A DNA stretch of 64,000 nucleotides from Paraspadella gotoi (taxonomy: Eukaryota > Animalia > Chaetognatha), in assembly GCA_051294375.1 (NCBI GenBank), contig CM119263.1, forward strand, positions 951,756 to 1,015,755, given 5' to 3'. Positions 14,201 through 29,500 of this stretch are shown here, piece after piece. The notes below the pieces were generated by a model, which saw only the letters and a program-made list of their open reading frames with translations, made no database searches and was not told where the DNA came from. Position numbers and translations under genes: made by a program. Position 1 is the first letter of the stretch; every line of letters starts with the position of its first letter.

Positions 14201-15835
14201 CTTGCTTGCTTGCTCGTTGCTTGGGCTTCCTGCATCATTCTTTATCACGTCTAATCTCTTCTTCCTTCTTCTTCTTTCTTTTCTTCTTCTTCTTCTTCTC
14301 TTCTTCTTGTCTTCCTCTTCTGCTTAGGGTGCCGATGAGCGGCCATCCATTCGTGGCATCAATCTTCAAATTAATTCTTCTTCTTCAAATCTTCTTCTTT
14401 CTTGCTTCTTGCTTCTTCTCTTCTTCTTCTTCTTCTTGCTTCTTCTTGCTTCTTCTTCTCGTCGCCGCCAATCATCTGCATGCATCTTCATAAATTGTTT
14501 CCTTCTTTGTTCTTGATTCTTCTTCTTCTTCTCTTCTTCTTCTCTCTTCTTCTTCTTCTTCTTCGGCCATCAGTCTGGCAGATCTATTTGTCTTCAATAA
14601 TTCTTCTTCTTCGCTTTGGTTTCTCCTTCTGTACCGCTGATCTGCTCCCTTATTTCTTGCTGCTTGTCTTTCTTCTTCTTCTTCTTCGTTCTACAACAAC
14701 ATGCTGGTATCATCCTTCATAATTCTTCTTTTTTGCTCTTCTTCTTCTTCTTCTTCTTATTCTTCTTCTTCTTTCTCTTCTCCACCACCATCATCTGGCA
14801 TCATCTTCATAATTCTTTCTGACGCCATCGTCTTCACTAGAGAAAGCATTATCAAGATTGGTCCTCTTTCTTCTTCTTTTCTTCTTCCTTCCTTCTTCTT
14901 CTTCTTCTTCTTCTTCTTCTTCTTCTTCTTCTTCTTCTTTGACGCCATCGTCTTCACAGAGAAAAGCATTATCGACGATTTTCCCTTTTTTTTCTTCCTT
15001 AGAACCTAAGATGTTGTAGTCGTCGTTGTGGATTTTTTTTTTTATGGTTTCCATGGTGACCCTGGAATAATTTTCTCTTGTTTTAATTGATTTCAAAAAA
15101 TTTGAAGAAATCTCACTTTTTACCTCAAAAAAAAATGTTTTACTTTCTATTTACCAAATGTATATAGCTTATCATTGTTTCATTACTAATCACTTAGTAA
15201 ATTTATTATTAATATTAGTATCGTTCGTTTCATATATCTTCTTCAGTGAACAAAAGAACCTGCTTTCTTATTCATATCATCATATGTATAGTAAATGTAG
15301 ATAAAGTACGTTACCGACATAAAATGAATAACAAAATGAAATTAACGAGCAGCGAACGCGTAGCCTTCCTTCGATAAACAACTTTTTTCCTCCCCGCGTC
15401 GCCATGACGACAAAAGAACCGCGTCGGTTTCTTATGATCGAAAACTTTGCCTTGTTTACTTCAGGGACTTTCTCGGAGGCGGGAGCTTCTGCTTGCAGCG
15501 CCAGATTCTTCTCTACCAACAACAACAACAACACAACAACAACTGGTTTACCAACTGTTCGGAGGATTGGGCGGCTGGAATTCCTACTGGGGCAGATGAC
15601 ATGTTTAATTGTTTAACATTGTTTGTACATTGGTTTGACATTAACTGTAAACAATTATCGATTGTTGCTTATTTACGACTTGAACTTTTTTCTTTGCGTC
15701 TTTGTTAATTGATCAATGATCATTATATACTTTTTTGTTCAGTGGAAATGTTGACAACAAAAAAATTCTTTGGAATTAATTGATAATTGTGTTCGTCTTA
15801 ATCTTCAAAACTGATTTATTTATTCTTTTTTTATA

Positions 15836-15889
<54 letters not shown>

Positions 15890-16844
15890 CCTCTTCTCTC
15901 TCCCTCTTCTTCTGTCTCGTCTCTCTCCTTTCTCCTTCTGTCTGTTCCAAATTTCCTGTCAGCCTTCTTCTCACTTTTAAAAAGACGCATAGAAATCTCC
16001 CCGATTTCTTTTTCTTATGTTAACCAGATTTTTTCCTTTTCTCTTTTACCCCCCCAATTTTCACTTATGTACTTAAAATCTCACTTTGAACGCTGAACGA
16101 CAAAATACAATTTCCATTCTGTACGAAATCAATACTAAAAGCAAAACAATTATTTTTATATAAATTTCTAACAGAAACAAAAAAATAATAATTATTTTGC
16201 GTTTTTTTTTGATAGAATTTAAAATTCCCTTCTTTTTTCTTCCTTAGAACCTAAGATGTTGTAGTCGTCGTTGTGGATTTTTTTTTATGGTTTCCATGGT
16301 GACCCTGGAATAATTTTCTCTTGTTTTAATTGATTTCAAAAAATTTGAGAAATCTCACTTTTTACCTCAAAAAAAATGTTTAACTTTCTATTTACCAAAT
16401 GTATATAGCTATCATTGTTTCATTACTAATCACTTAGTAATATTTATTATTAATATTAGTATCGTTCGTTTCATATATCTTCTTCAGTTGAACAAAAGAA
16501 CCTGCTTCTTATTCATATCATCATATGTATAGTAAATGTAATAGTACGTTACCGAACATAAAATGAATAACAAAATGAAATCTAACGAGCAGCGAACGCG
16601 TAGCCTTCCTTCGATAAACAACTTTTTTCCTCCCCGCGTCGCCATGACGACAAAGAACCGGCGTCGGTTTCTTATGATCGAAAACTTTGCCTTGTTTACT
16701 TCAGGGACTTTCTCGGAGGCGGGAGCTTCTGCTTGCAGCGCCAGATTCTTCTCTACCAACAACAACAACAACAACAACAACAACAACTGGTTTACCAACT
16801 GGTTCGGAGGATTGGGCGGCTGGAATTCCTACTGGGGCAGATGA
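4984..16844 (+). CDS. Secreted Gly/Tyr/Pro-rich and Cys-rich (CPxGxYC; GCC2/GCC3 / ephrin-receptor-like repeat) protein, paralog A, 272 aa
   Basis: Exons 4984-5050 (MDAWIWFVLFCSRLTNVDSAAL, signal-like), 5363-5659 (NESRPARQWFGGGFGGYPGGGYPG…CPGGYFC…CGEGYFCPA), 5886-6059, 6558-6698 and terminal 16705-16844 (GTFSEAGASACSARFFSTN10WFTNWFGGLGGWNSYWGR*). All introns are GT-AG, phase 1; total 819 nt. The last intron is probably inflated by assembly duplication. Confidence 0.85.
9640..14170. repeat. Large inverted duplication: ~9640-11000 is the near-exact reverse complement of ~12830-14170; noisier mirror symmetry extends to ~7190 and ~17440
   Basis: Identical ORF pairs 9887-10282(+)/13523-13918(-) and 10475-10792(+)/13013-13330(-); short inverted match flanking the N-gap at 11341-11366. 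Confidence 0.92.
15465..15599 (+). pseudogene. Indel-bearing duplicate of the paralog A terminal exon (a third, inverted noisy copy lies at ~8000-8150)
   Basis: Same ttcag|GGACTTTCTCGGAGGCG…TACTGGGGCAGATGA sequence as 16705-16844 with small deletions; lies in the direct duplicate ~14990-16230 vs ~16230-17440. Confidence 0.75.
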
Positions 16845-17653
16845 CATGTTTAATTGTTTAACATTGTTTGACATTGTTTGACATTAACTGTAAACAATTA
16901 TCGATTGTTGCTTATTTACGACTTGAACTTTTTTCTTTGCGTCTTTGTTAATTGATCAATGATCATGTATATACTTTTTTGTTCAGTGGAAATGTTGACA
17001 CAAAAAAATTCTTTGGAATTAATTGATAATTGTGTTCGTCTTAATCTTCAAAACTGATTTATTCTTTTTTTATACTCTCTCTCTCTCTCCGTCTCTCTCT
17101 CTTTCCTCACTCTCGCCGCGATTCGTCTGTACGGTCGTCGCTCTCTCTCTTCGTCGCTTTCCTGTCTGTGTCCAATTTCCTGTCAGCCTTCTTCTCACTT
17201 TTAAAAAGACGCATAGAAATCTCCCCGATTTCTTTTCTTATGTTAACCAGATTTTTTCCTTTTCTCTTTTCCCCCCCAATTTTCACTTATGTACTTAAAA
17301 TCTCACTTTGAACGCTGAAACGACAAAATACAATTTCCATTCTGTACGAATCAATACTAAAAGCAAAACAATTATTTTTAATAAATTTCTAACAGAAACA
17401 AAAAATAATAATTATTTTCGTTTTTTTTTTTGATAGAATTTAAAAAAAAAAAGATATTTTGTGGAATTTAGTTTTTTTGCTAAGTTCGAAAAATGAAATT
17501 GGAGATTTTCATATTTTCTCTCGTTTTTTTCAAAGGAGTGGATCTTTTCGTTCCGAAGAAACGTAAGTCGTAAAACTTGTATTGTTCTTTTATTTTCATT
17601 CATCGTTGGTCTTTTTTGAGTTAATGGAACGAAAAAGATTAGAAAATTAAAAT

Positions 17654-17693
<40 letters not shown>

Positions 17694-17850
17694 TGAGAGA
17701 GAAGAAGAGAGAGCGAGAGCGAGGTGACGATAAAACCTCAGCCATATTTTTTTCCTTTTTATTCTTCTTTTCTTCAGTTCATTTAATTCACAATTCTCTT
17801 CCAATTCAGCCTCATTTGCATGTGAATAAAAAAATAATATTTTTTTTAAA

Positions 17851-19756
<1,906 letters not shown>

Positions 19757-20169
19757 GATGCAATTAGTGAGACGTCGAGTTTTGTGAAAATTCACTCTGG
19801 TAGTGAAATGTATNNNNNNNNNNNNNNNNNNNNNNNNNGGAGCAAACTGAAGAAAGAAAAAATTTAAACAAATTTTTGAATTAACTTGAACAAAAACTAA
19901 CATAACAAATAAACTTAATAACCATATTTAAGACGAAAAAAGAACAACGGAGAGAGACATTAAAAAATAAATACAAAAAAAAAAAAAGGAAAAAAAAAAA
20001 AAAAAAATCAGAGCGAGATTGTGGTGTGAGAGAGAGAGCCGAAAAATAAGAGAGAGAGAAGGAAGGTTGCCTAGCGAATCGGTTGACGAAAAGTGAATGA
20101 GGCGAGAGATAGATGAGTTCAGGGAATTAAACAACGAACAATGAACTGAGGCACATGATGAATATTGTA

Positions 20170-21145
20170 ATACATTTTATTGTATATTGAGATTTCGGTG
20201 ATTCAAAGGAACAAAATATCAAATTCATTACTTCCTTTTACAGTGTCATAACTAATCAAATCAAAATTCTTGTATAAACACAAGAAGGGGAGAGAAAAGA
20301 CCATGTGAAGAACGGTAAAGAAACCAATCCGGATCATCAATCGAAGTGAAGACTCCATAGACATGTCCAGATAAACTGATTAGAGCAGTTGGCGATCGTT
20401 GTCACACCCAAGATCATACAACATCAATTTACGTGCAATGCACGAAGTCTGCACACACTGATCCGGAATGAAAAGAACTCAAGCCGGAGGAGTGCCGCCG
20501 TTCGATGCGCGTCAGAGGGGCGACGCCGGCGGCGGCTAATAGGACGATACGACGGAGACGTCGTCAAAGAGCGGGGCCGCAGTTCGAGGCGTCGTCAAGG
20601 GGCGACCCGGGCGCGGCTAGAGGACATCGTTATGAAGACTTGCTGCGGCAAACGGCGTCAACGCGGAACTAACAAACGAGGAGAGCGCCGTCGAGGCGTT
20701 CGTCGAAGGACGAGCGGCGGCGGCTACATCGCGGCCATGGAAGACGATCCAGGTCGGTGAACAGTCGTTTATCGTGACACGAGCCCGGGAATGCAAATGC
20801 TGCTCGACGCCGGGCGACTTCGCTTTGTTCAAATGGCAGCGGACGACGCCGGTTGGAATTGGAGCTCCTCGATTTACGAGCTGTCACAGAGAGGTCTAGC
20901 GACTGATGGAATATGAGAGCTTTCTGGAGATTCAGAGGAGTTTGCCATGGTGAGCGAAAGACTACTGCCAGAGGGGCGGAGAGTGACTCTCTTGTTTTTA
21001 GGTGTGCCGGTACGGTAGCAGGTGGGAGTGTAAGGGTACGCCGTGCAATACTAGTCGACGTGAAAACACTGGGGATCTTTTGGTTACGAGAAGCGTGTGG
21101 CAAGAGTTGTGAGAGAGATCGAGTACCGTCTTGAAGGCGCCATGG
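20170..21145 (-). other. GC-rich, frameshifted coding-like island, possibly an LRR/LRR-CT/Ig-type exon from an uncorrected read
   Basis: Fragments in different frames: GAFKTVLDLSHN, LVLHGVPLH, LHSRA…PTW; minus-strand AATAAA near 20176-20181. No continuous frame. Confidence 0.25.
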
Positions 21146-21921
21146 GGGGGGGGGGGAGGAGAGGGAGAGAGTAAGAGCCACTGTAACAGATAGAACACTG
21201 AATTGTTCTACGCCCGGAGTGACACGTTACTAAGTATACGAAATAAGGATTGAGGGAGTTAAGATTTGAAATGATAATGAATTTTGTTAAAGGTTTTGAA
21301 CTCATCAATTGACGATTTACATCAAATTGACGTTAAACTTGGCGTTTTGAGAATGATATAATTCTAGCTGAGGCTAAACCTAGTACGGTAACAAGAAAAT
21401 AAATAAATAAATTAAATAAAATAAAAAATAAATACGAAATAAATAATAAATAAATAAAAAATAAATAAATAAATATAAATAAGATCAATTCAAATCAATC
21501 AATCAGATATCACGTAACCGAACTCTCTGGATATATAAGCGTACTGTTTTAAATGACGCAATCAGTCTCCCCTAAAAAGACTTAGTTAAGCGGCTACAAT
21601 TGTACACAGTAACCAAAATTAAAAATAATATTTGAATCGTTATGATGCCATGAATGTTAGAATTAAATGTCTGTTTGACCCAAAAGGAAGGAGCGGAAGT
21701 CTGGCAGTCCCCAAAGCATATAATCTTCATTACGTAGTGGGCGTGAAGATCTCTTATCGTCAAGCGTTCCTTAGCTCAAACCGCGCACGGTTGTAGAATG
21801 CGGGTTGTGAATCGGTCTCGTGAACGTACTGTTAGAAGTTTGCTCTTTTTGTTTTTGCTGTTTTGACTGCAAGAAATAGACCTCGCAACAAATAGACGTA
21901 CATCTTCTATCGCACCCGCAG

Positions 21922-22070
21922 CACGATATTCGGAACCCGCGCAAGCGCCCTGCCGAGCGGAGACCGGGCGCGGAAAAATGGTTTCTCGCGGCCTTCAACG
22001 GTTTTAACCAGGTTTCAAACGACCGATTTCCGTTTTTTATGGAAGATAGGAATTGGTTAATGGGGCGTAA
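21922..22070 (+). pseudogene. Noisy duplicate copy of the paralog B terminal exon (GTYSEPGASAC-like start)
   Basis: ccgcag|CACGATATTCGGAACCCGCGCAAGCGCCCTGC matches GTFSEAGASAC of paralog A after indel correction; block ~21400-22130 duplicates ~18980-19812. Confidence 0.65.
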
Positions 22071-22139
22071 AATGCAATTGGGTGAGGAAAGTCGAGTTTT
22101 GTGAAAATTCACTTCTGGTAAGTGGAATGTATCACGTCG

Positions 22140-22851
22140 CATCATTGAACGATTCGTTTATATCTTCCATTAAAAGTAGCCATTAGCAGATGAATTTATA
22201 AATGCTAAATGGTATACAGCGTTAAAAATAATCTTAATCATGACCATGAGATTTGGTATTAAAATATTTTTGTCAAAAATGCTTTATTCTGAGGGTATTA
22301 GCCTAGATTAAAAATAATTACATTACTATATAGAGCACAACATTTTTTGAAAAATCTTAAAATTTTTTTGATGGATCTGAAGAGCATAAGAGTTTAACAA
22401 GAATATAATTACATTGTTTTAAAAAATTCTTACGTTTTCTAAGTTAAGAAGTATATAGAAAAACTAAGTAAAATCATCGAAAGAGTTGATGACTGATGTA
22501 GATTTTTCATAGTTTTTCTAGTGAGAGCAGCTATATCCGTAAAAATATTAATAAAAGAATATAGCTTTGTGTAGAACAACTTTTTTATGAGCGTATCTGA
22601 TCTGGTCCTTAAAATTAAAAAAAATTTTTATAAAAATTTTTGGCGCTTCTCCTATCTATAAATAATATTAAAAGAATTAATTACTAGGGTATAGAGCCAT
22701 AGTAGAATTTTTTTGTCCATTGAAAGTTATTCTTAAAATGGTTAAAATATTCTCGTCTTTAGAGCATGTACTTCACTGCTTAAATTTTTGACTCACCCCA
22801 TGGTGTTTAGTGCTGCTACCCCTCCTCTACCACGCTTAAAAGCGAACTAGT
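22140..22851 (+). mobile_element. Possible non-autonomous Helitron-like remnant (5' boundary uncertain)
   Basis: AT-rich non-coding block ending in a short hairpin CGCTTAAAAGCG followed by AACTAG|T at 22833-22851. Confidence 0.35.
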
Positions 22852-24369
22852 TTCTTTGTAAACAGTGTATGATTCTTTATCTGTAATATTTTGTATTACG
22901 CAATAAGATGCAATATTACCGTTGTATAAGTGACTTTTTTATTTCATTTCCTATTGTAACGATGGCGATAACGTCGGTAAGACTCCTGATAATGAAGTTA
23001 TTAATTACAGCTGTTTACTGACCTAAAAATAACTTTAACTAAAACATTTAAAGTACAGCCGAGATCATTGGTTTGTTATCAATAAAGAAGATCAACACTA
23101 ATATTGTTTTATTTTGTTTTATTTTTCCATTTCCAAGCACAAGAAGGGTCTTTATATCACAAAAAGTAAATACTTTTTTTGTGAAGAGATAATCTTCGAT
23201 AGTTGACTGCAATCATACCATGGCGCAATACTTAAATCTGCTCGTCAAGTCATCTGAAACGATTCTATTTTCATGAAAAAACCGGCACGCATGATGACAA
23301 AATATTTTTGGACTTTACCTACGTCTAAGATGACATCTTAAATTATAATAAACTCGATTGCATACATAATGCTATTGAGAGTTTTGTTAGGAAAAACAAA
23401 TAAAGTAGCCAAGACAGACAAGAAACAAAGGGTGAAAGTTGAGAGGGTTTTCTATGTTTTCATTACATTTATACATACATTTATACAAAATAGTTCAAAA
23501 ACCAAAGCCGTCATCTTAACGTCAATTATGCGCCATGTCGTCAAACGTTTGTCTTCAACTCTTTTCTTTTCTTAAGTTTCTCTCGATATATCAAATACTG
23601 TGTTACAGACTTCAGTCATGTTTTCGTCCGCAGAAATTGCAGACGAAATCTGCCAAGTCTCGATCGAAGACGACAATAAAAACAGCAACCGTTGAGGTTG
23701 CTGCAGCTTCAGTTGCTGATTGTGAAGCACCGCAGCCACCTATTCTTCCGCGCCCGCAGATTCCGCAGAATCCACCGTCTCAGTGGCGGCTGCTGATGTT
23801 GCTGGCAGCCGCGCCGGCAGTTTCCACAGCGGCTGCCGTTTCGCGTAAAAATGCAAAAAATTACATGAAATTCGCTAAATTAGTAACTCTCGCCAGAGTC
23901 TGTTGTCAAGAAACAAAATTCATTTACGCTTAATTCATTCTTTAACGATTGATTGACTGACTGATTGAGGAGACTGATTCTACGCCGTTGTTTGTCCGTC
24001 CATTCATCCGCCCGTCCGACCGTCCGACTGTCCGTCCGCCCTTCCGTCCGTCCGTCCGTTCGATCCGTACGCTCACTCGCCCCAAAACGACGTTTCCGGC
24101 ATCGTTCCGTGAAAAAATTTGGTAAGTGCCGTCGGTGACGGACCGGATTGGTAAGTTGAGGCCGGGTGAGGTTAGGAGCCAGAGTGGAGGAAGAAGGGGC
24201 GGGTTGAGGCGAGAGGCGGAGCCGCTGTCGTGGCGGTGGACGAGGGAGATGCAGAGGTGGGGGCAGGGCAAGGCGAAGGCGCGGGACATGCCGCGGGGCA
24301 TGGCGAAGGGCGGGAGGTGAAGTGGCAGGGCGAGAGGATGGCACGCAGGAGGAAGAGCGGGAAGGGAGG

Positions 24370-24525
24370 TTAAGCGGCAGAGCGGCGGCGCGGGACGCGG
24401 CTGGATTCAAAAAAGGATGAGATGAAACTGTCTCTCTCTCATTTCTCTCTCTGTCTGTCTCTTCTCTCTCTCTATCTGTCTCTCTCTCTCTCTCTCATTC
24501 TCTTTCTCTCTCTCTCTCTCATTTT

Positions 24526-24620
<95 letters not shown>

Positions 24621-26491
24621 TCTCTCTCCCCCCTCTCTCTCTCTCTCTCTCTCTACCCCTCTCTCTCTCACCTTGATCCGCTCTGACCCAAGAAACCCGA
24701 AGGAGAACTCAACGTGGAGGCCAACGTGTTTCTCTTTAGCTGCGTCACGCGCCCAGACGGTTGGCGCAGCGTCACCGACTCGGCTGCGGCGGCGCCGACC
24801 GGCGAGGCGGCGTCGCGCGATCGGAAGTGAGACGCCGTCGACGCCGTCTCGGCGTCTTTGACCGTCAGACCCGAAAGAGTCGCCTCGATCGACGGTCGCG
24901 AAGAAGAGGCTTCCGACGGGGAGACGCTGAAGATTGATTGATTGATTTGATTGATTGATTTTGTTGGTTGATTGATTGATTATTCGACTGTGTGATTGAT
25001 TGATTTTGTTGGTTGATTCATTGATTGATTAATCGATTGTGTGATTGATTGATTTTGTTGGTTGATTTATTGATTGATTGATTATTCGACTGTATGATTG
25101 ATTGATTTTGTTGGTTGATTCATTGATTGATTAATCGATTGTGTGATTGATTGATTTTGTTGGTTGATTTATTGATTAATTGATTGATTATTCGACTGTA
25201 TGATTGATTGATTTTGTTGGTTGATTCATTGATTGATTATTCGACTGTGTGATTGATTGATTGATTGATAGCGGTAGTATTTTATACCCCGCTATTAGTC
25301 CGAGACTCAGCAGCACCTATGGCCCCGGAGGTATCCTCCCAACCCAAAGGACTAGAGTTCGCGCCCTGCTGATTCACACAAGTATAAGCGGTACTGGGCG
25401 TCTAATCCGACTGACCGACTGACTGACCGACTACAGTCCGATCCAAAGTTCTGGACCTTGTATGCATCGGACGGTGAACTGCTCGAGGCATCGTCTTCCA
25501 CAGGCGTGACTTATGATTGATTGATCCGTTGATTTGTTTGTATTGACTCATTGATTGACTCATTGGCTTATTTTATTATATTCGATTGATCAGAGTTTAA
25601 ATAAATTAATTGGAGACTAAATTGATGGAGAACGAGATGGCGATTCTTTTCCCCCCCCCTCTCTCACCTCGTCGGCGCGCGGTCCAACGAAACTCCGGAA
25701 ATCTCACGATTCGATTCTGAACAAAGAAAAGTGATTGTGAAAGAAGCAAACGACAACAACAACAACAACTTTCACGCTTCTTTCACCGAACGGGGAATCG
25801 ACGGAAGCGACATCCGGCGTCAGCGTCGCATCCTGTCCCCGCGGCGTCGAAGCGCCGGATTTTTCGGCGCCGATTTTGGAATCTACGGGGCTGAGTTGAC
25901 TGGCGGCGCCGGTGGAGGTGGAAGCGAGAACGACTGTGGACGGGTCGGCGCTGGAAAGCTGATTCGGGGCGAAGGCTGGAAAGAGGGACAAGAAAGAGAG
26001 AGTAGAAAGATAGAAAAAAGAAAGAAAAAGAAAGAAAGAAAGACAAGAAAGAAAATTGAAAATATAGACTAATTTTAAAAGTATTGTCATATACTTCATC
26101 AAAAATTAAACTTACACGACGCCGCCTCGGACGCCTCCTCCCCCGGCGCCATTTCGGTCTCGACTTCTTCCACCCCCGCGACGGCGCCACCCACTGGAGC
26201 ATCTTCGATCAAGGACGCCGGATCGAAGCCTTCCATCGTCATCATCGCCTGTTGAATTCGTTTGCGATGAAGTTCGCGGAGAAGTTGACGGAATTCTCCG
26301 CGGAGGGAATCCACGGAGGTGAGGATGTCCGCGCGGGAAGGAGGAGCGTCTGATGGGTGAGGTTAGAGGGTAAGGACAATTATATGACCTCGTTTATTGG
26401 CTCGACTAGTTTGAGTTCAGGCGATAAAAGTTGAAATAAATTATCCGTAAATGATTGAGCGGTGAGTAATGAATATATGTTTCTCGGGTAT

Positions 26492-26540
<49 letters not shown>

Positions 26541-26548
26541 CTCTCTCT

Positions 26549-26594
<46 letters not shown>

Positions 26595-29500
26595 TTTCCC
26601 TCTTTGTCTTCCGTCCGTCCTTTTGTCCCTGACTGCGTCTCCGCTGCTGTTGCTGCGGCTGCTGTTGCTGAGCGTTCTGCTGCGTCGTGATGTGGCTCTT
26701 GAGCTCGAGGAGACGATGTTGTATCTCGGCCATACGAAACTGGAGCTAAATATTAATAATAATAATTATAATGATTAACAATAATATTAATAATAATATT
26801 TTTATTATTTATTAATTAAAAGAGTTTCACACCTCTTCCATGGTGAGTGGTTCGAGCCCCGTGAAATCGTCCTCCACTCCCGAGTTTCTCAGCCCAAGCG
26901 CCTCGCGACAAAATCGAATCTCACCAGGAATCCGTCGGTTGGACAAAAGATCTGTGATCAGATCCAGTTGGTCATAGATGTCATCTGTTGGAGATGAGGA
27001 TTAGCTTTAAACCAAATATAAATACACACGATTAAATAAATGTATAGATAATTTTCACATTGGTATACCAATTTTGATAAATACTCATTCTGGACCGCCA
27101 ATAAAATTTAAAGGCCTTGCAAAATTGGAGTGAGAGGAGCCTCTTTCCTGACCCGTGATTGTGTGAGGATCTGGGACGAGGGCGGAGTCGGCGGTGAGCG
27201 TCACGCGAAGGTGATCGTTGAAGGTAATGAAGGAGAGAGAGAGAGGCACGTCGTCTCGCGCGGGGAACCAGTAGAGGAAAGTCTTCACTTCCTTAGATCC
27301 GAACAACAGTTCGCTGGACATTATGGGGCCTGACGTAGAATGATCATTGATCAATCAATCAATCAATCAATCCATGAATAAATAAATATATAAATAAATA
27401 AATGAATGAATGTATGAATGAATGAATGAATGAATGAATGAATGAATGAATGAATGAATGAATGAATGAATAAATCAAACAATCAATCAATATATTCGGG
27501 GTTCAAGTCAAATAATCTAGTATTCAAAAAATCATATTATAAGCCTTTAGATTTAAAAATTAATCAAGTAATAAGGGTCGGAAGCCCCCAAAGCCAACAG
27601 TGAGATGCCCCATTCCAATGGCCATCACAGGCAACCCGGCTGTTGCCATAATATATTAACAATTTAAAAAGAGCGGACCTTGCAAGTTAGAAACGTAAAT
27701 TGAGGACTTGGAAAAGAGGTGAGCGAAGAATTTGTTGTAGAGAGAGTCGGGGACGATCCACTTGAGAATGCAGGATGTCCAGTACATCATCGAAGGTTCC
27801 GACTCTTGCCTCAACTCGTCCATGAGGCGTTTGGCCTCCCACAGACGGGGAATCGCGCCCTGTTCGTATTGAGCGGGGAAACGAAGGGATTGGGGGATTT
27901 GGGGATTGAGAGATTGGGGAATTGGGAGATTGTGGGATTGGAGGAAGGATGGATTGGGGGATTGAGAGATTGAGGGATTGATAGATTGAGGGATCGAGGG
28001 ATCGAGAGAATACGGGATTGGGGGATCGGGGGATTAATTTAAAACTACTAGTTTAATTTAGACTTAATTAAAAATAAATCACTTTTACGCAGAGACCTCG
28101 GTTCCGACGGGCAGCGGGACCTCCATCAGCAGCTGCATCGAATGCAGCGCAGCCTCGTGCTGCAGCTGCAGCACCAAAGGATTCTCCACCGACGCGACGC
28201 TGGAGGTGGAGGGTGGCCCGTCCATGGGTGATCCCGACCCGGAGGCGAAAGGGGGCGTGACGAAGGCGCGTGCGGTGGCGCCCTCTTCCGGCCTGAAATG
28301 AATGACGTTCATTGATTGTTGAATTTAACAAACAAATCAATAAATAGATGAATCAATCGTTTAATAAATCAATCAATCAACTAATATACCGACAAATCAA
28401 TGGATTAATCATCCAATCAATCAATCATTCAACCTCAAATCGACGGGAATGACTGCGTGGAGATTGGGCGGATTCCTGACGCCTCGCAATTGAAGATATT
28501 TGCGCAACGCTCCGCCCACGAGCGCCAACAGGATGTCGTTGATGCTGCAACGGGTGATCAACTTGATGCGCAGAGCCTGAATGAGGAATGGGTAGGGATG
28601 TCTCTTCTTCTATCTAATTGGTACAACCAATATAATATTTATCTATTAATTCTATATATAGACTATCTTGCTTACTGACTTTGGACAGGCTTTGGTGTTT
28701 TAAGGACTCCACCTTTCTTACAAGATAATAAAATAGGACCCTGTAAACTTTTAATCGAGACTCTATCGCAGTCTAGTTTATTATCTGCCAAACCTTTCTA
28801 TGAAGTAGTACTATAATTTTTATATTGACTCCCGTAAGTAAAATACTATATTGTACCCCGAAATAGCATCAAAATTTAAATATTAACCCACTTGAATAAA
28901 CAAGACTTTGAGAGAGTCTTGATTGAAAGTTTTCAGGGATCTGCTATGTCATTATCTTGTAGGAGAAATAGAGGCCCTCAACGAGCATAGCCTGTCCAAA
29001 GTTAGGGGCAAGATAGCTTATTTATCAAATAAATGGATAAATTCTTAATTTGTTGTACCAATTTAATAAGGACCTGTTTTGAAATTGGTACTAATGACTG
29101 ACCACACTCTCCACACTATGGTCCCCACACCATCTCAAACCTTTGACAACGAGAAAGGACGCGACCACGCCACGATCTTTCTTCCGCTCAGCGAGTGACG
29201 CGGAACTTTCGACGCCGACGACCCCGACGCCGGGGCTGGGGCGGCGCCGCCGGCGGTGCCCCCCGACCGCAGTTCGACGGATATGGAGCCCTGAGCGGCG
29301 GAGTTGGCGGTGGGCGTGGCCGGGTCGGCGTTCGACGGGAAGTTGGGGGCGAAACCGTTGAGGGTCGAGTTGGAGTTGGAGTGGGTGGAGACGGATGAGG
29401 AGGCGCCGTTCTGAGGATGGAGGAGGAGGAGGAAGGGGAGAGGGAGGAGGAGGAAGGGGAGGAAGAGGATGCGGAGGAGAAGAGGGAGGGGGAGGAGAAG

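Noticed and set aside
8748-15096. Many Lys/Glu/Arg- or Phe/Leu/Ser-rich ORFs
   Set aside because: Translations of GAA/CTT and GGAAA satellites.
23535-24360. GC-rich ORFs of 119-176 aa
   Set aside because: Lie just downstream of the WS/DGAT stop at 24370, consistent with 3' UTR; no motif support.
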